Position numbers and translations under genes: made by a program. A stretch of DNA of 48,023 nt from Candidatus Atribacteria bacterium. GTDB taxonomy: Bacteria; Atribacterota; Atribacteria; Atribacterales; Atribacteraceae. Numbering within the stretch: position 1 is the first letter of the stretch; every line of letters starts with the position of its first letter. The notes beneath the pieces were generated by a model, which was given only the letters and a program-made list of their open reading frames with translations, had not been told where the DNA came from and made no database searches. Positions 20,879-28,597 of this stretch are shown here, one piece after another. The stretch is taken from positions 1-48,023 of the forward strand of contig PWXL01000114.1 in assembly GCA_003561145.1 (NCBI GenBank). The letters are read 5' to 3'.

Positions 20879-21501
20879 GTACCGACTGGTACAGCATAGC
20901 ATGTTTCGTCATTCTTTTTATAAACGTGCTCAAAAGTGCCCTGCGCGGCTTCAGTAAAGAATTCCTGGTGCTGTGCGGCGTGGTGGCAGGTTTGTTCGTG
21001 GGCATGCGTTATGCGGGCTCGCTGGCTTTCTTCCTGCAAAATATTACCGGCTGGGACAGTCCATGGTTGGTTCCCGTAGGCTTTCTTCTTCTGTTCATTC
21101 CGCTGGTGTTGATTTTTTCCTGGGCAGGCATGTTCTTTCGCCGTTTATTTCAGGGACTTGATATTGTTTGGTTTGATGCCATCCTCGGGTTCCTGGTAGG
21201 GATTCTGAAAGGGATGCTCTGGATAGTGATAGTCACGGTCTTTATTCTCAATGTTTCCTTTCTTCAGTTCCTTACCCTGGGCATAGCGGAATCGGGTTTT
21301 TATAGGAGCTTCACCCGCCCGGCCATAGAGTATATTGCTGAGTGGCTGGTTTCTTACCCCGAAACCTCCTTTCTCCAAGATATTCTCCAAAAGGGGGTTG
21401 TGTCTGAAGAAGAGGATGTTGAAGATTTTTTTGATCAAGAATTGGAATCGGAATTCGAGACGGAGAATGGACCTTTCACCACATATTTTGAAGAATTTTG
21501 A
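20875..21501 (+). CDS. cvpA: CvpA-family membrane protein
   Basis: Four predicted TM helices and a CvpA-like N-terminus (IACFVILFINVLKSALRGFSKEF). The position between pheT and mutS2 matches B. subtilis yshB. It has an acidic C-terminal tail. The TTG start overlaps the pheT stop. Confidence 0.72.
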   Translation: MSTDWYSIACFVILFINVLKSALRGFSKEFLVLCGVVAGLFVGMRYAGSLAFFLQNITGWDSPWLVPVGFLLLFIPLVLIFSWAGMFFRRLFQGLDIVWFDAILGFLVGILKGMLWIVIVTVFILNVSFLQFLTLGIAESGFYRSFTRPAIEYIAEWLVSYPETSFLQDILQKGVVSEEEDVEDFFDQELESEFETENGPFTTYFEEF

Positions 21502-23827
21502 ATTTGAAAAAATACTCGACAGGCTTGCCAGTGCTTGTTTATCAGCTATGGCAAGAGATCGGGCACTCTCGCTGCGACCCCTTTCTCAAGAAGAAGCGAC
21601 GCGAGCCCTCCAGGAGACAGAACAATACAGTGAAATGACGAGGTTCGATGGTTCGCCTGGATTAGAAGCCATCCCTGATTTGAGCACGGTCTTTTCCAAA
21701 ACTTCAGTCCAGGGTTCTTCTCTCCTGGTATCGGAACTGCTTTCCGTGCAGCACTGTATTCTCATCAGTCACCGAGTAAAAAGCTTCTTTCAACAAGAAT
21801 ATATTGTTGAAAAATATTCATTGTTGAGTGAGTATTCTTTTCGGTTGCACCATTTCTCGGTTTTGCGAAGAAGTATGGAAAAGGTTTTTTCACCGGCAGG
21901 AGAAGTCCTCGACAACGCAAGCGGACAACTTTCTCAAATACGGCGTCGCATACGTCGCTTGGAAGAAGATATCACTTCAACCATAGGAGACTTTTTGTCC
22001 AGGTCGGAACACTCACGCTTTTTACAGGAATCCCATTACACAATTCGGAGAGGCCGTTATGTCGTGCCGGTTAAAAATCAGTATCGCAATCAGGTGGAGG
22101 GCTTGATAATAGATTCCTCTTCCTCGGGCTCGACCGTCTTTGTTGAACCCCGGCCCCTGCTTTTTCTCAACAACGAGTTGGAAGTGACCCTGTTCAGGGA
22201 AAGGGAAGAAATAGAAAGGATTATGCGTACGCTCACGGATGAAGTGAGGAAAGACCTTGTGTCTCTTGAAGAATCATACAGGGTGCTCGTTGATCTTGAT
22301 TTTCTGCAAGCGAAGTCACAAGTGGCGCGACAGTGGAATGCTCATCCTTGTCACCTGGGAACTCTCGAGTTGGCTTTGCGTCAAGCCCGCCATCCTTTTC
22401 TGGGTGAAAGGGCCGTACCCTTCGACCTTGTTTTCACTCCTGATAACAGGGTCATGGTAGTGAGTGGACCGAATGCAGGGGGAAAAACCGTACTTTTAAA
22501 GAGCGTTGCTTTACTGGTAACCCTGGCATGGTGCGGTGTTCCTATACCGGCTTCACCGGATTCGGAAATCCCTTTTTTCGAGAATATGTTCGTTGATATC
22601 GGAGACCATCAGGATATCGAGAAAGACCTCAGTACCTTTACTTCCCGTTTGATTCATCTCAAAGAAATCATCCAGAAGGCTTCACCTCGATCCTTGGTTT
22701 TGCTGGATGAAATTGGGGCCGGCACCGATCCTGAAGAAGGAGCCGCGCTGGCTGTGGCCGTTCTGGACCGGCTCAAGGAACGTGGAGCCACCTCCCTGGT
22801 TTCCACGCATTATCAGGCAGTGAAACATTACGCCTATAAGCAGCAAGGCATGCTTACCGCTTCCATGGAGCTTGACCCTCATAAAATGCTCCCCACGTAT
22901 CACTTACTGGTGGGAGAAATCGGAGCCAGCTATGGACTGCTCATAGCACGGCGCATAGGTTTACCGGCACACATTCTGGAAGCCGCCAGAAGTTTCCTGA
23001 AAAAGGAATGGTTGAATTTAAATGAACTGGTTTTAGAAGAAAGGAAGCGAGTGCGGAAAGCGGAACAACTCCAACAGGAATGGAACGAGAGAAACAGCAT
23101 GCTGGCGGAAAAAGAAAAGATCCTTGATGCACGTATTCATGAACTCGATTCCCGGCGCAGGGAAATAACCGAACTTTTTCAAAAAGAGCTTAAATCTTAC
23201 CTCAAGGAAACGAAAGATCATATAGCACGGCTTGTTGGTGATTTGAGACAGGAAAAAACCCTTGATGAGGAGGTATACAGCACACTGAAGGGTGTTTTGA
23301 ACCAGGGCAAAAGAAAGATTGACTCACTATCCGGCGAGAGGGAAAAAGAAGACATTCCTGTTTTTTCTCCCGGTGAGGAAGTAGTCATCCTCCCGCTGGG
23401 AGCGAAAGGTATTTTTCTTTCGCTTGATCCAAACAAGCAAGAAGCCGTGGTGGAAGTGAGCGGAAGAAAAGTGCGCACCCCTGTCAAAGAATTATGCAGG
23501 GGATCAGGAAAAACAAAAACCGGAAAAAGGGGACCTGTTCCACGCAAAAAAGATTCTCCCCTTCATGAAGTTTCGGGAAGAGGCGTGACGGATCACATTG
23601 AGATACGCCGCATGCGCATGGAGGAAGCCAGGGATGCACTTGAAAAGTATCTTGACCGGGCAATTGTATCAGGCCATACAACTGTTTTTATAGTTCATGG
23701 AAAGGGAGAAGGGATTCTCAAACGCATGACCGAAGAGGTGCTCCAGGAACATCCTTGCGTCGCATCCTTCCGCCCTGGTGAATCCGGGGAAGGAGGAGAA
23801 GGAGTCACAGTGGCAAAACTCCAGTAG
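21467..23827 (+). CDS. mutS2: endonuclease MutS2 (MutS domain plus C-terminal Smr)
   Basis: MDLSPHILKNFEFEKILDRLA N-terminus typical of MutS2, Walker A GPNAGGKT, DEIGAGTDP, Smr domain (IEIRRMRMEEARDALEKYLD...VFIVHGKGEGILK). ATG 21467 overlaps the cvpA 3' end by 35 nt. The ORF track begins at 21335. Confidence 0.9.
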   Translation: MDLSPHILKNFEFEKILDRLASACLSAMARDRALSLRPLSQEEATRALQETEQYSEMTRFDGSPGLEAIPDLSTVFSKTSVQGSSLLVSELLSVQHCILISHRVKSFFQQEYIVEKYSLLSEYSFRLHHFSVLRRSMEKVFSPAGEVLDNASGQLSQIRRRIRRLEEDITSTIGDFLSRSEHSRFLQESHYTIRRGRYVVPVKNQYRNQVEGLIIDSSSSGSTVFVEPRPLLFLNNELEVTLFREREEIERIMRTLTDEVRKDLVSLEESYRVLVDLDFLQAKSQVARQWNAHPCHLGTLELALRQARHPFLGERAVPFDLVFTPDNRVMVVSGPNAGGKTVLLKSVALLVTLAWCGVPIPASPDSEIPFFENMFVDIGDHQDIEKDLSTFTSRLIHLKEIIQKASPRSLVLLDEIGAGTDPEEGAALAVAVLDRLKERGATSLVSTHYQAVKHYAYKQQGMLTASMELDPHKMLPTYHLLVGEIGASYGLLIARRIGLPAHILEAARSFLKKEWLNLNELVLEERKRVRKAEQLQQEWNERNSMLAEKEKILDARIHELDSRRREITELFQKELKSYLKETKDHIARLVGDLRQEKTLDEEVYSTLKGVLNQGKRKIDSLSGEREKEDIPVFSPGEEVVILPLGAKGIFLSLDPNKQEAVVEVSGRKVRTPVKELCRGSGKTKTGKRGPVPRKKDSPLHEVSGRGVTDHIEIRRMRMEEARDALEKYLDRAIVSGHTTVFIVHGKGEGILKRMTEEVLQEHPCVASFRPGESGEGGEGVTVAKLQ

Positions 23828-23828
23828 G

Positions 23829-25796
23829 TCACCCGGAAGGACATTGTGTGCAGCTGGTTGCGGGAACCGTCCCGGCCTGAAAGGGCATAACCACAGAGGC
23901 AGGACATGAAGGGCCGGGCAGGAGCCCTGTTTTTCGGCATACACGAATTTCCACTATATTGGAAGGTTTTTCAAAGTCACGTACGGGAAGATCCCGGTGA
24001 GCTTCTTTCATGATGGAGGAAAAAATGGGAGCGGCTATTATTCCTCCTGTCTGCGATGCCCCCAGTGGTGTACGATCATCGTTACCTATGTATATTCCAC
24101 ATACCAGATCGGGAGTGAATCCAACAAACCATGCGTCAATAAATTCTTCAGTTGAACCCGTTTTCCCTCCAGCTGGTCGTTCAATTCGTGCCCGTCCAGC
24201 GGTTCCCCTCTGGATGACTCCTTCAAGCATTCGTGCCATTATGTATGAGGTTTCCTGAGACACGGCTGTGCGGGCAGAGGAGTTGTTTTCATAAATCACG
24301 TTGCCGTCAAAATCTTCCACCTTGATAATGGCAATCGGCTCCGGTATTTTTCCCCCGTTGGCGAAGGCACTGTATCCCCGCACCATTTCAAGCAGCGTTA
24401 TGTCCGATGTTCCCAATGCCAGGGAAAGGTTGTTTTCAAGATGGCTTTGAACGCCAAAGCGCTTTGTGGTGTTAATCACGCGATCTGTTCCCACTGCTTG
24501 CAAAAGTTTGATGGCCACAATATTCGTAGAGCGTTCCAGGGCTTCACGCAAAGTCATGGGCCCCAAAAAAGTGCGCTCGTAATTTTGCGGTTTCCATCCG
24601 TTGGGGAACTCGACAGGCCCGTCAACAAATACTGTGCTGGGAGTATAACCGTTTTCCATGGCGGTAGCGTAAATAAAAGGCTTGAAAGCAGATCCCGGTT
24701 GACGCCGTGCCTGTGTCGTTCTGTTGAACTTACTCTCCTGATAATCACGTCCACCGACCATGGCCTTGATGTGCCCGTTATAAGGATTCATAACGAGCAC
24801 CCCTCCCTGGTAACCGCTTTCTGTAAATACCTGGTATGCCGTGTTTTGCAACTCCTTATCCAGGGCTGTATATACCTTGAGTCCTCCGCTGAAGACCACT
24901 TCTTCATCAAATTCAGCTAACAGCTCCTTCAAAACGTGGTCGACAAAATATGGATATTCCTGGGGCCGTTTCTGCAGACCGGTAAGGACAATGGGGGTTT
25001 CCAGGGCCTCCTCCATTTCCTCGGCCGTGATGTGCCCTGTTTCATAGAGGCGTCTCAACACGCGACCTTGTTGCTGTTTCGCTCTGTCAAAGTTCGTATA
25101 AGGTGAGAAGTTATTCGGTGAGCGTGGTATGCCAACCAAGATTGCCATTTCGGCCAGGTTCAATCCATGTACATCTTTACCGAAGTATATCTGGGCGGCG
25201 GTTTTCACTCCATAAGCTCCGTGACCGAAATATATTTGATTGAGGTACGATTCAAGGATCTCCTCCTTGGTATTGCGTTGTTCCAGCATGAACGCCAGTA
25301 ACGTTTCCTGGATTTTGCGTCCGACTGTACGCCTGTGCGTGAGAAAGAGGTTGCGGGACAGTTGTTGGGTGATTGTACTTGCTCCTTCTACGATACTCCA
25401 GTGTATGATGTCCTGCCACAGCGCCCGCGCAATACCGGAAGGGTCGATGCCCGCGTGGTCATAAAAATGCTGGTCCTCACTCGCTATAAAGGCGGCCTGT
25501 AATAAAGGTGGAACATAATCGAGTTGGATATATTCGCGGTTTTCTGTAAAGAGCTCATCGATGAGCATACCGTTTACATCATATATGCGTGTGGTAAACG
25601 AGGGGCGAAAATAATCAATTTGGCCTGATATTTCCTGTAAATCTTCCCTGTATACTACGAAAAGTGTGCTTATAATAGCGATACCGATAAGGAAACCCGC
25701 ACACAGCCATTTCCAAAAGCCAAAAATGTTCTGCGTGCGCACCAGGCGCTTTCCTTTTCCACTATTCTTCTTGTTTGGAGGACGTTTTTTTATCAT
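23829..25796 (-). CDS. penicillin-binding protein 1A (bifunctional glycosyltransferase/transpeptidase)
   Basis: N-terminal TM anchor, GT51 motifs (ASEDQHFYDHAGIDP, GASTITQQL, KEEILESYLNQIYFG), and transpeptidase motifs (SAFKP, SxN, KTGST). Confidence 0.9.
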   Translation of the reverse strand: MIKKRPPNKKNSGKGKRLVRTQNIFGFWKWLCAGFLIGIAIISTLFVVYREDLQEISGQIDYFRPSFTTRIYDVNGMLIDELFTENREYIQLDYVPPLLQAAFIASEDQHFYDHAGIDPSGIARALWQDIIHWSIVEGASTITQQLSRNLFLTHRRTVGRKIQETLLAFMLEQRNTKEEILESYLNQIYFGHGAYGVKTAAQIYFGKDVHGLNLAEMAILVGIPRSPNNFSPYTNFDRAKQQQGRVLRRLYETGHITAEEMEEALETPIVLTGLQKRPQEYPYFVDHVLKELLAEFDEEVVFSGGLKVYTALDKELQNTAYQVFTESGYQGGVLVMNPYNGHIKAMVGGRDYQESKFNRTTQARRQPGSAFKPFIYATAMENGYTPSTVFVDGPVEFPNGWKPQNYERTFLGPMTLREALERSTNIVAIKLLQAVGTDRVINTTKRFGVQSHLENNLSLALGTSDITLLEMVRGYSAFANGGKIPEPIAIIKVEDFDGNVIYENNSSARTAVSQETSYIMARMLEGVIQRGTAGRARIERPAGGKTGSTEEFIDAWFVGFTPDLVCGIYIGNDDRTPLGASQTGGIIAAPIFSSIMKEAHRDLPVRDFEKPSNIVEIRVCRKTGLLPGPSCPASVVMPFQAGTVPATSCTQCPSG

Positions 25797-25867
25797 TGGT
25801 CTTCTGTCACAGTAATCTCATCCAATAGATTCAACACATAATAAACCGGGACATTCCCATCTTCCTT

Positions 25868-25915
25868 TTCCTGGAAGAGACGGGTATTGTATACTATAAT
25901 GATACTTTCCTGGAA
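25868..25915. promoter_or_regulatory. divergent promoter region (PBP1A / queT) with two TTCCTGGAA boxes flanking a TATAAT
   Basis: TTCCTGGAA occurs at 25868..25876 and 25907..25915. TATACT/TATAAT lie at 25890..25900 between them. There is no convincing -35. Confidence 0.3.
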
Positions 25916-25933
25916 TGGAGGTTACAGGGACAA

Positions 25934-26398
25934 GTGACGAACACACTCACACGGGCGGCTCTCTTTGGAGCCTTGTATGTCGCACTGACCGTTCTCCCAC
26001 CCTTTCACGCTATTTCCTACGGACCGGTACAGGTAAGAGTTTCAGAAGCTCTCACAGTTTTTCCGTTCCTTTTTCCTGAGGTTGCTTGGGGTCTCTCCGT
26101 TGGGTGTTTCATAGCGAACCTTGTCGGAGGACTGGGTTTGTGGGACGTGGTGATGGGGCCACTCTTTACCTTGGCAGCTGGACTTATAACAGCCAGGGTT
26201 TCGCGGTCCTGGATGGCTCCCATCCCTCCGGTCCTCATAAACGCTTTTGGTGTATCTATATACCTTTCTTTTCTTTTCGAGGTTCCATATTGGTACGCAG
26301 TGGTCTTTGTCATGGCTGGACAGGCGGTGGCTTGCTTTGGCATCGGTTACCCTCTTTTGAGAATTGTGCACAATAAATATACACAGACAGGTACCTAG
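25934..26398 (+). CDS. queT: queuosine-precursor transporter QueT (ECF S-component-like)
   Basis: 154 aa polytopic membrane protein with ALYVALTVLPPFHAISYGPVQVRVSEALTVFPF and GCFIANL, matching the QueT (COG4708) pattern from memory. GTG start. Confidence 0.75.
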   Translation: MTNTLTRAALFGALYVALTVLPPFHAISYGPVQVRVSEALTVFPFLFPEVAWGLSVGCFIANLVGGLGLWDVVMGPLFTLAAGLITARVSRSWMAPIPPVLINAFGVSIYLSFLFEVPYWYAVVFVMAGQAVACFGIGYPLLRIVHNKYTQTGT

Positions 26399-26428
26399 CA
26401 GGGAGAGAGTTGTATCCTCTCTCCCTGC
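26398..26428 (+). terminator. 12-bp GC-rich hairpin without U-tract between queT and tyrS
   Basis: GCAGGGAGAGAG (26398..26409) / CTCTCTCCCTGC (26417..26428) with a 7-nt loop. It is followed directly by the tyrS SD GGAAGGAG rather than a T-run, so it could be a weak terminator or an RNA stability element. Confidence 0.35.
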
Positions 26429-26447
26429 GAGGAAGGAGTGATATTCA

Positions 26448-27680
26448 TTGGGTGAAAAGACACAAGCGGCAAAGGATGTAGAGATATTGTTACGCGGTGT
26501 GGAGGAAATGATCAGTCCTCAGGAACTGGAAACAAAAATCACGCGTTTTTACAGGGAAGGGAAGCCACTGGTGGTCAAGGAAGGGTTTGATCCCAGTGCT
26601 CCGGACATACACCTGGGGCATACGGTGACTTTACGAAAACTCCGCCAGTTTCAAGATTTAGGGCATGAGGTGGTTTTTCTTATCGGAGATTTTACCGGCC
26701 GGATAGGTGACCCGACCGGTAAAAAAGAATCCCGCCGCCAACTCAGTGAAGACGAGGTGCTCCGTAACGCACGCACGTATGCTGAGCAGGTGAATCATAT
26801 TTTAGACCCGGAAAAAACACGCGTCGAGTTCAATAGTTCCTGGTTAAAAGGCATCACTCTTGCGGAACTCACCGTTATGATGTCACGTTTTACCGTGGCA
26901 CGTATGGTGGAGCGCGAAGATTTTGGAGAGCGTATAAAAACGGGAAAGCCGGTTGGACTGCACGAATTTCTCTATCCTATCATGCAAGCCTACGATTCGG
27001 TAGCCTTGCGAGCAGATGTGGAATTGGGAGGTACCGATCAAAGATTTAACCTTCTCATGGGGCGGGACATGCAGAGGGATTTTGGACAGGAACCCCAGGT
27101 GGTCATACTCATGCCGCTCCTTGAGGGAACTGATGGATTGGAAAAAATGAGTAAAAGCCTTGGCAACTACATCGGAGTCAATGAACCACCGTTCGAGATG
27201 TTCCACAAGGCGATGACTGTTCCTGACGTACTTATTGAAAAATACTTTCTGTTGCTCACCGATGTTCCTGAAGGTGAAATACGGAAGATGAAAGAAGAGA
27301 CGGAGAAGGGAATACTGCACCCCCGGGAGTGGAAAAAGCGTTTAGCATTCACAATCGTCAACGTGTATCACGGAGAGGAGAAGGCACAGCAAGCAGACCA
27401 GGATTTTGAGCGGGCTTTTGTACGGGAAGAAACACCTGAAGGAGCCCGAAAATTAGTGATCGAAGCGTCTCAACATACAAACGGCAAGATGTGGATCGTA
27501 AAACTTTTAAAAATGACAGGTGTGCCAACCTCAAACAGTGAAGCAAGAAGACTGATACAGCAGGGCGGGGTTTCCTTGAGTAATCAGCGTATTTCAGACC
27601 CCGATCTGGAGGTGAACATACAGGACGGTGATTTGCTGAGGATCGGAAAAAGGGGTTTTTTCCAGCTTTTCATTCAGTAA
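26448..27680 (+). CDS. tyrS: tyrosine--tRNA ligase
   Basis: HIGH motif (DIHLGHTV), KMSKS (EKMSKSLGNYI), and a C-terminal S4-like domain (SNSEARRLIQQGGVSLSNQRI). TTG start sits 9 nt after GGAAGGAG. Confidence 0.93.
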   Translation: MGEKTQAAKDVEILLRGVEEMISPQELETKITRFYREGKPLVVKEGFDPSAPDIHLGHTVTLRKLRQFQDLGHEVVFLIGDFTGRIGDPTGKKESRRQLSEDEVLRNARTYAEQVNHILDPEKTRVEFNSSWLKGITLAELTVMMSRFTVARMVEREDFGERIKTGKPVGLHEFLYPIMQAYDSVALRADVELGGTDQRFNLLMGRDMQRDFGQEPQVVILMPLLEGTDGLEKMSKSLGNYIGVNEPPFEMFHKAMTVPDVLIEKYFLLLTDVPEGEIRKMKEETEKGILHPREWKKRLAFTIVNVYHGEEKAQQADQDFERAFVREETPEGARKLVIEASQHTNGKMWIVKLLKMTGVPTSNSEARRLIQQGGVSLSNQRISDPDLEVNIQDGDLLRIGKRGFFQLFIQ

Positions 27681-27756
27681 ACTCGTGTTCTCACTGTTTC
27701 GTTTCCGAATAATCTTGTTCTGCCCTGCTTTGTATTCAAACAATACCGAATACAGC

Positions 27757-27801
27757 AAAAGCCGGCTGACAAAAGCCGGCCGGATGAAAGCCGGCCGGAT
27801 G
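27757..27801. repeat. three tandem copies of a ~15-nt unit AAAGCCGGC(CGGATG)
   Basis: AAAAGCCGGCTGAC (27757..27770), AAAAGCCGGCCGGATG (27771..27786), AAAGCCGGCCGGATG (27787..27801). Each unit contains the palindrome GCCGGC. Confidence 0.8.
27776..27798 (+). terminator. GC-only hairpin formed by repeat copies 2 and 3; possible tyrS terminator
   Basis: CCGGCCGG (27776..27783) pairs with CCGGCCGG (27791..27798) across a 7-nt loop ATGAAAG. Only a weak T-stretch follows (ATGTTTGC). Confidence 0.4.
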
Positions 27802-27802
27802 T

Positions 27803-27831
27803 TTGCATTAGAATCTATTTTGAGTTACAAT
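27803..27831 (+). promoter_or_regulatory. candidate promoter of the rimP-nusA-infB leader
   Basis: TTGCAT (27803..27808), 17 nt spacer, TACAAT (27826..27831). The predicted TSS near 27838 is about 245 nt upstream of the rimP ATG. Confidence 0.5.
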
Positions 27832-27933
27832 AAGTGGCGCTTGAAAGAGAGTTGACAGGCACATTGCTGCGGTTTCGAGGGAAAAAATGAAGACCTGAAT
27901 ATTCGGCTGTGTATCGAGCAAGGACGGTAAAAA

Positions 27934-27970
27934 CAAAGAGTGGGTGATAACCCACTCTTTGCTGTTTATT
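27934..27970 (+). terminator. terminator-like hairpin 1 in the rimP leader (bidirectional shape)
   Basis: 11-bp perfect stem CAAAGAGTGGG (27934..27944) / CCCACTCTTTG (27951..27961) with a 6-nt loop. AAAAA lies upstream and CTGTTTATT downstream. Confidence 0.5.
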
Positions 27971-28001
27971 CAGAAAAGCTAGTTTTGAGAGCACGTTCTG
28001 T

Positions 28002-28051
28002 AAGGGGGCGGGCCCTGTGAACCTTGGGATTCGTCCCCTTGATTTTGTATT
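28002..28051 (+). terminator. terminator-like hairpin 2 in the rimP leader
   Basis: AAGGGGGCG (28002..28010) pairs with CGTCCCCTT (28032..28040), 9 bp including one G-U, around a 21-nt loop with an inner CCC/GGG pairing. GATTTTGTATT follows. It ends 34 nt before the rimP ATG. Confidence 0.45.
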
Positions 28052-28084
28052 GAGTACATGTAGGGTTTTTCATGGGGGGCAGGT

Positions 28085-28597
28085 ATGGGTTATTTCGAAA
28101 CCACTCTGGACCACCTCTGGCAGAGATGGGATTCCATAGTAAGGGAGGAGGAGGGACTTCGTCTTTTTCATGTGGAAATTGACAAACATTCAAACAAGTA
28201 TGTTGTAAGGGTATACATAGAAGGGGAGGAGTCTATCACCGTGGATGATTGTGAGCTTATAACAAGAAAACTGTTGAAAGACCTTTCTCATTATCCCGGC
28301 GTTCTCCCTTTCGATTGTTTGTTGGAAGTATCATCACCGGGAGAGATGCACGTTTTGACTCTTAAAAAATCCTTTGACAGGGTCAAGGGGGAAAAATTAC
28401 AGTTACGGCTTGGCTTCAGGAGGGGTACACGCCATGAAGTCCGGCACTGCTCGGGAAAGCTCGTGGATGTTGACGAAGAAGGGATAACCTTATTTTCACA
28501 TGCAAAAAATACGGTTGTCTTCCTCAGGTGGAAGACTATAGAATTCGCCCGTGTTCTCAGCGGGCAGCGGAATGTCTGTTCGGGAGGTTCCGGATGA
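28085..28597 (+). CDS. rimP: ribosome maturation factor RimP
   Basis: LLEVSSPGEMHVL motif, ~170 aa, located directly upstream of nusA. Confidence 0.88.
   Translation: MGYFETTLDHLWQRWDSIVREEEGLRLFHVEIDKHSNKYVVRVYIEGEESITVDDCELITRKLLKDLSHYPGVLPFDCLLEVSSPGEMHVLTLKKSFDRVKGEKLQLRLGFRRGTRHEVRHCSGKLVDVDEEGITLFSHAKNTVVFLRWKTIEFARVLSGQRNVCSGGSG

Noticed and set aside
25860-25945. A preQ1 riboswitch upstream of queT. A small hairpin CCUG-GAAUGGAGGUUA-CAGG followed by GACAAGUG superficially recalls preQ1-I.
   Set aside because: The predicted 5' UTR is only about 30 nt. The 3' tail is not the A-rich ...AAAAAACUA/ACAAGG tail, and the loop lacks the conserved preQ1-I nucleotides. I cannot support a riboswitch call without a covariance-model scan.
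27838-28084. Known structured RNAs in the tyrS-rimP gap: tRNA (as metY in E. coli), 6S, SRP, tmRNA, RNase P, T-box, c-di-GMP, guanidine or ZTP riboswitches.
   Set aside because: None of the diagnostic motifs is present:
- No cloverleaf; the GGGATTCGTCCCC segment is not a T-arm.
- No GGAA/GAAGCAGC SRP motif.
- No GAGGAAAGUCC RNase P motif.
- No T-box sequence.
- No 5'/3' closing-stem complementarity expected for 6S.
27966-28193. Minus-strand 75-aa ORF that ends just before the hairpin at 27934..27961, which on the minus strand is followed by TTTTT and looks like its terminator.
   Set aside because: The ORF overlaps the rimP start, is Pro-rich with no motif, and has no SD or convincing minus-strand promoter. 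The hairpin's bidirectional shape is better explained by the A-tract and T-tract that flank a plus-strand leader terminator.
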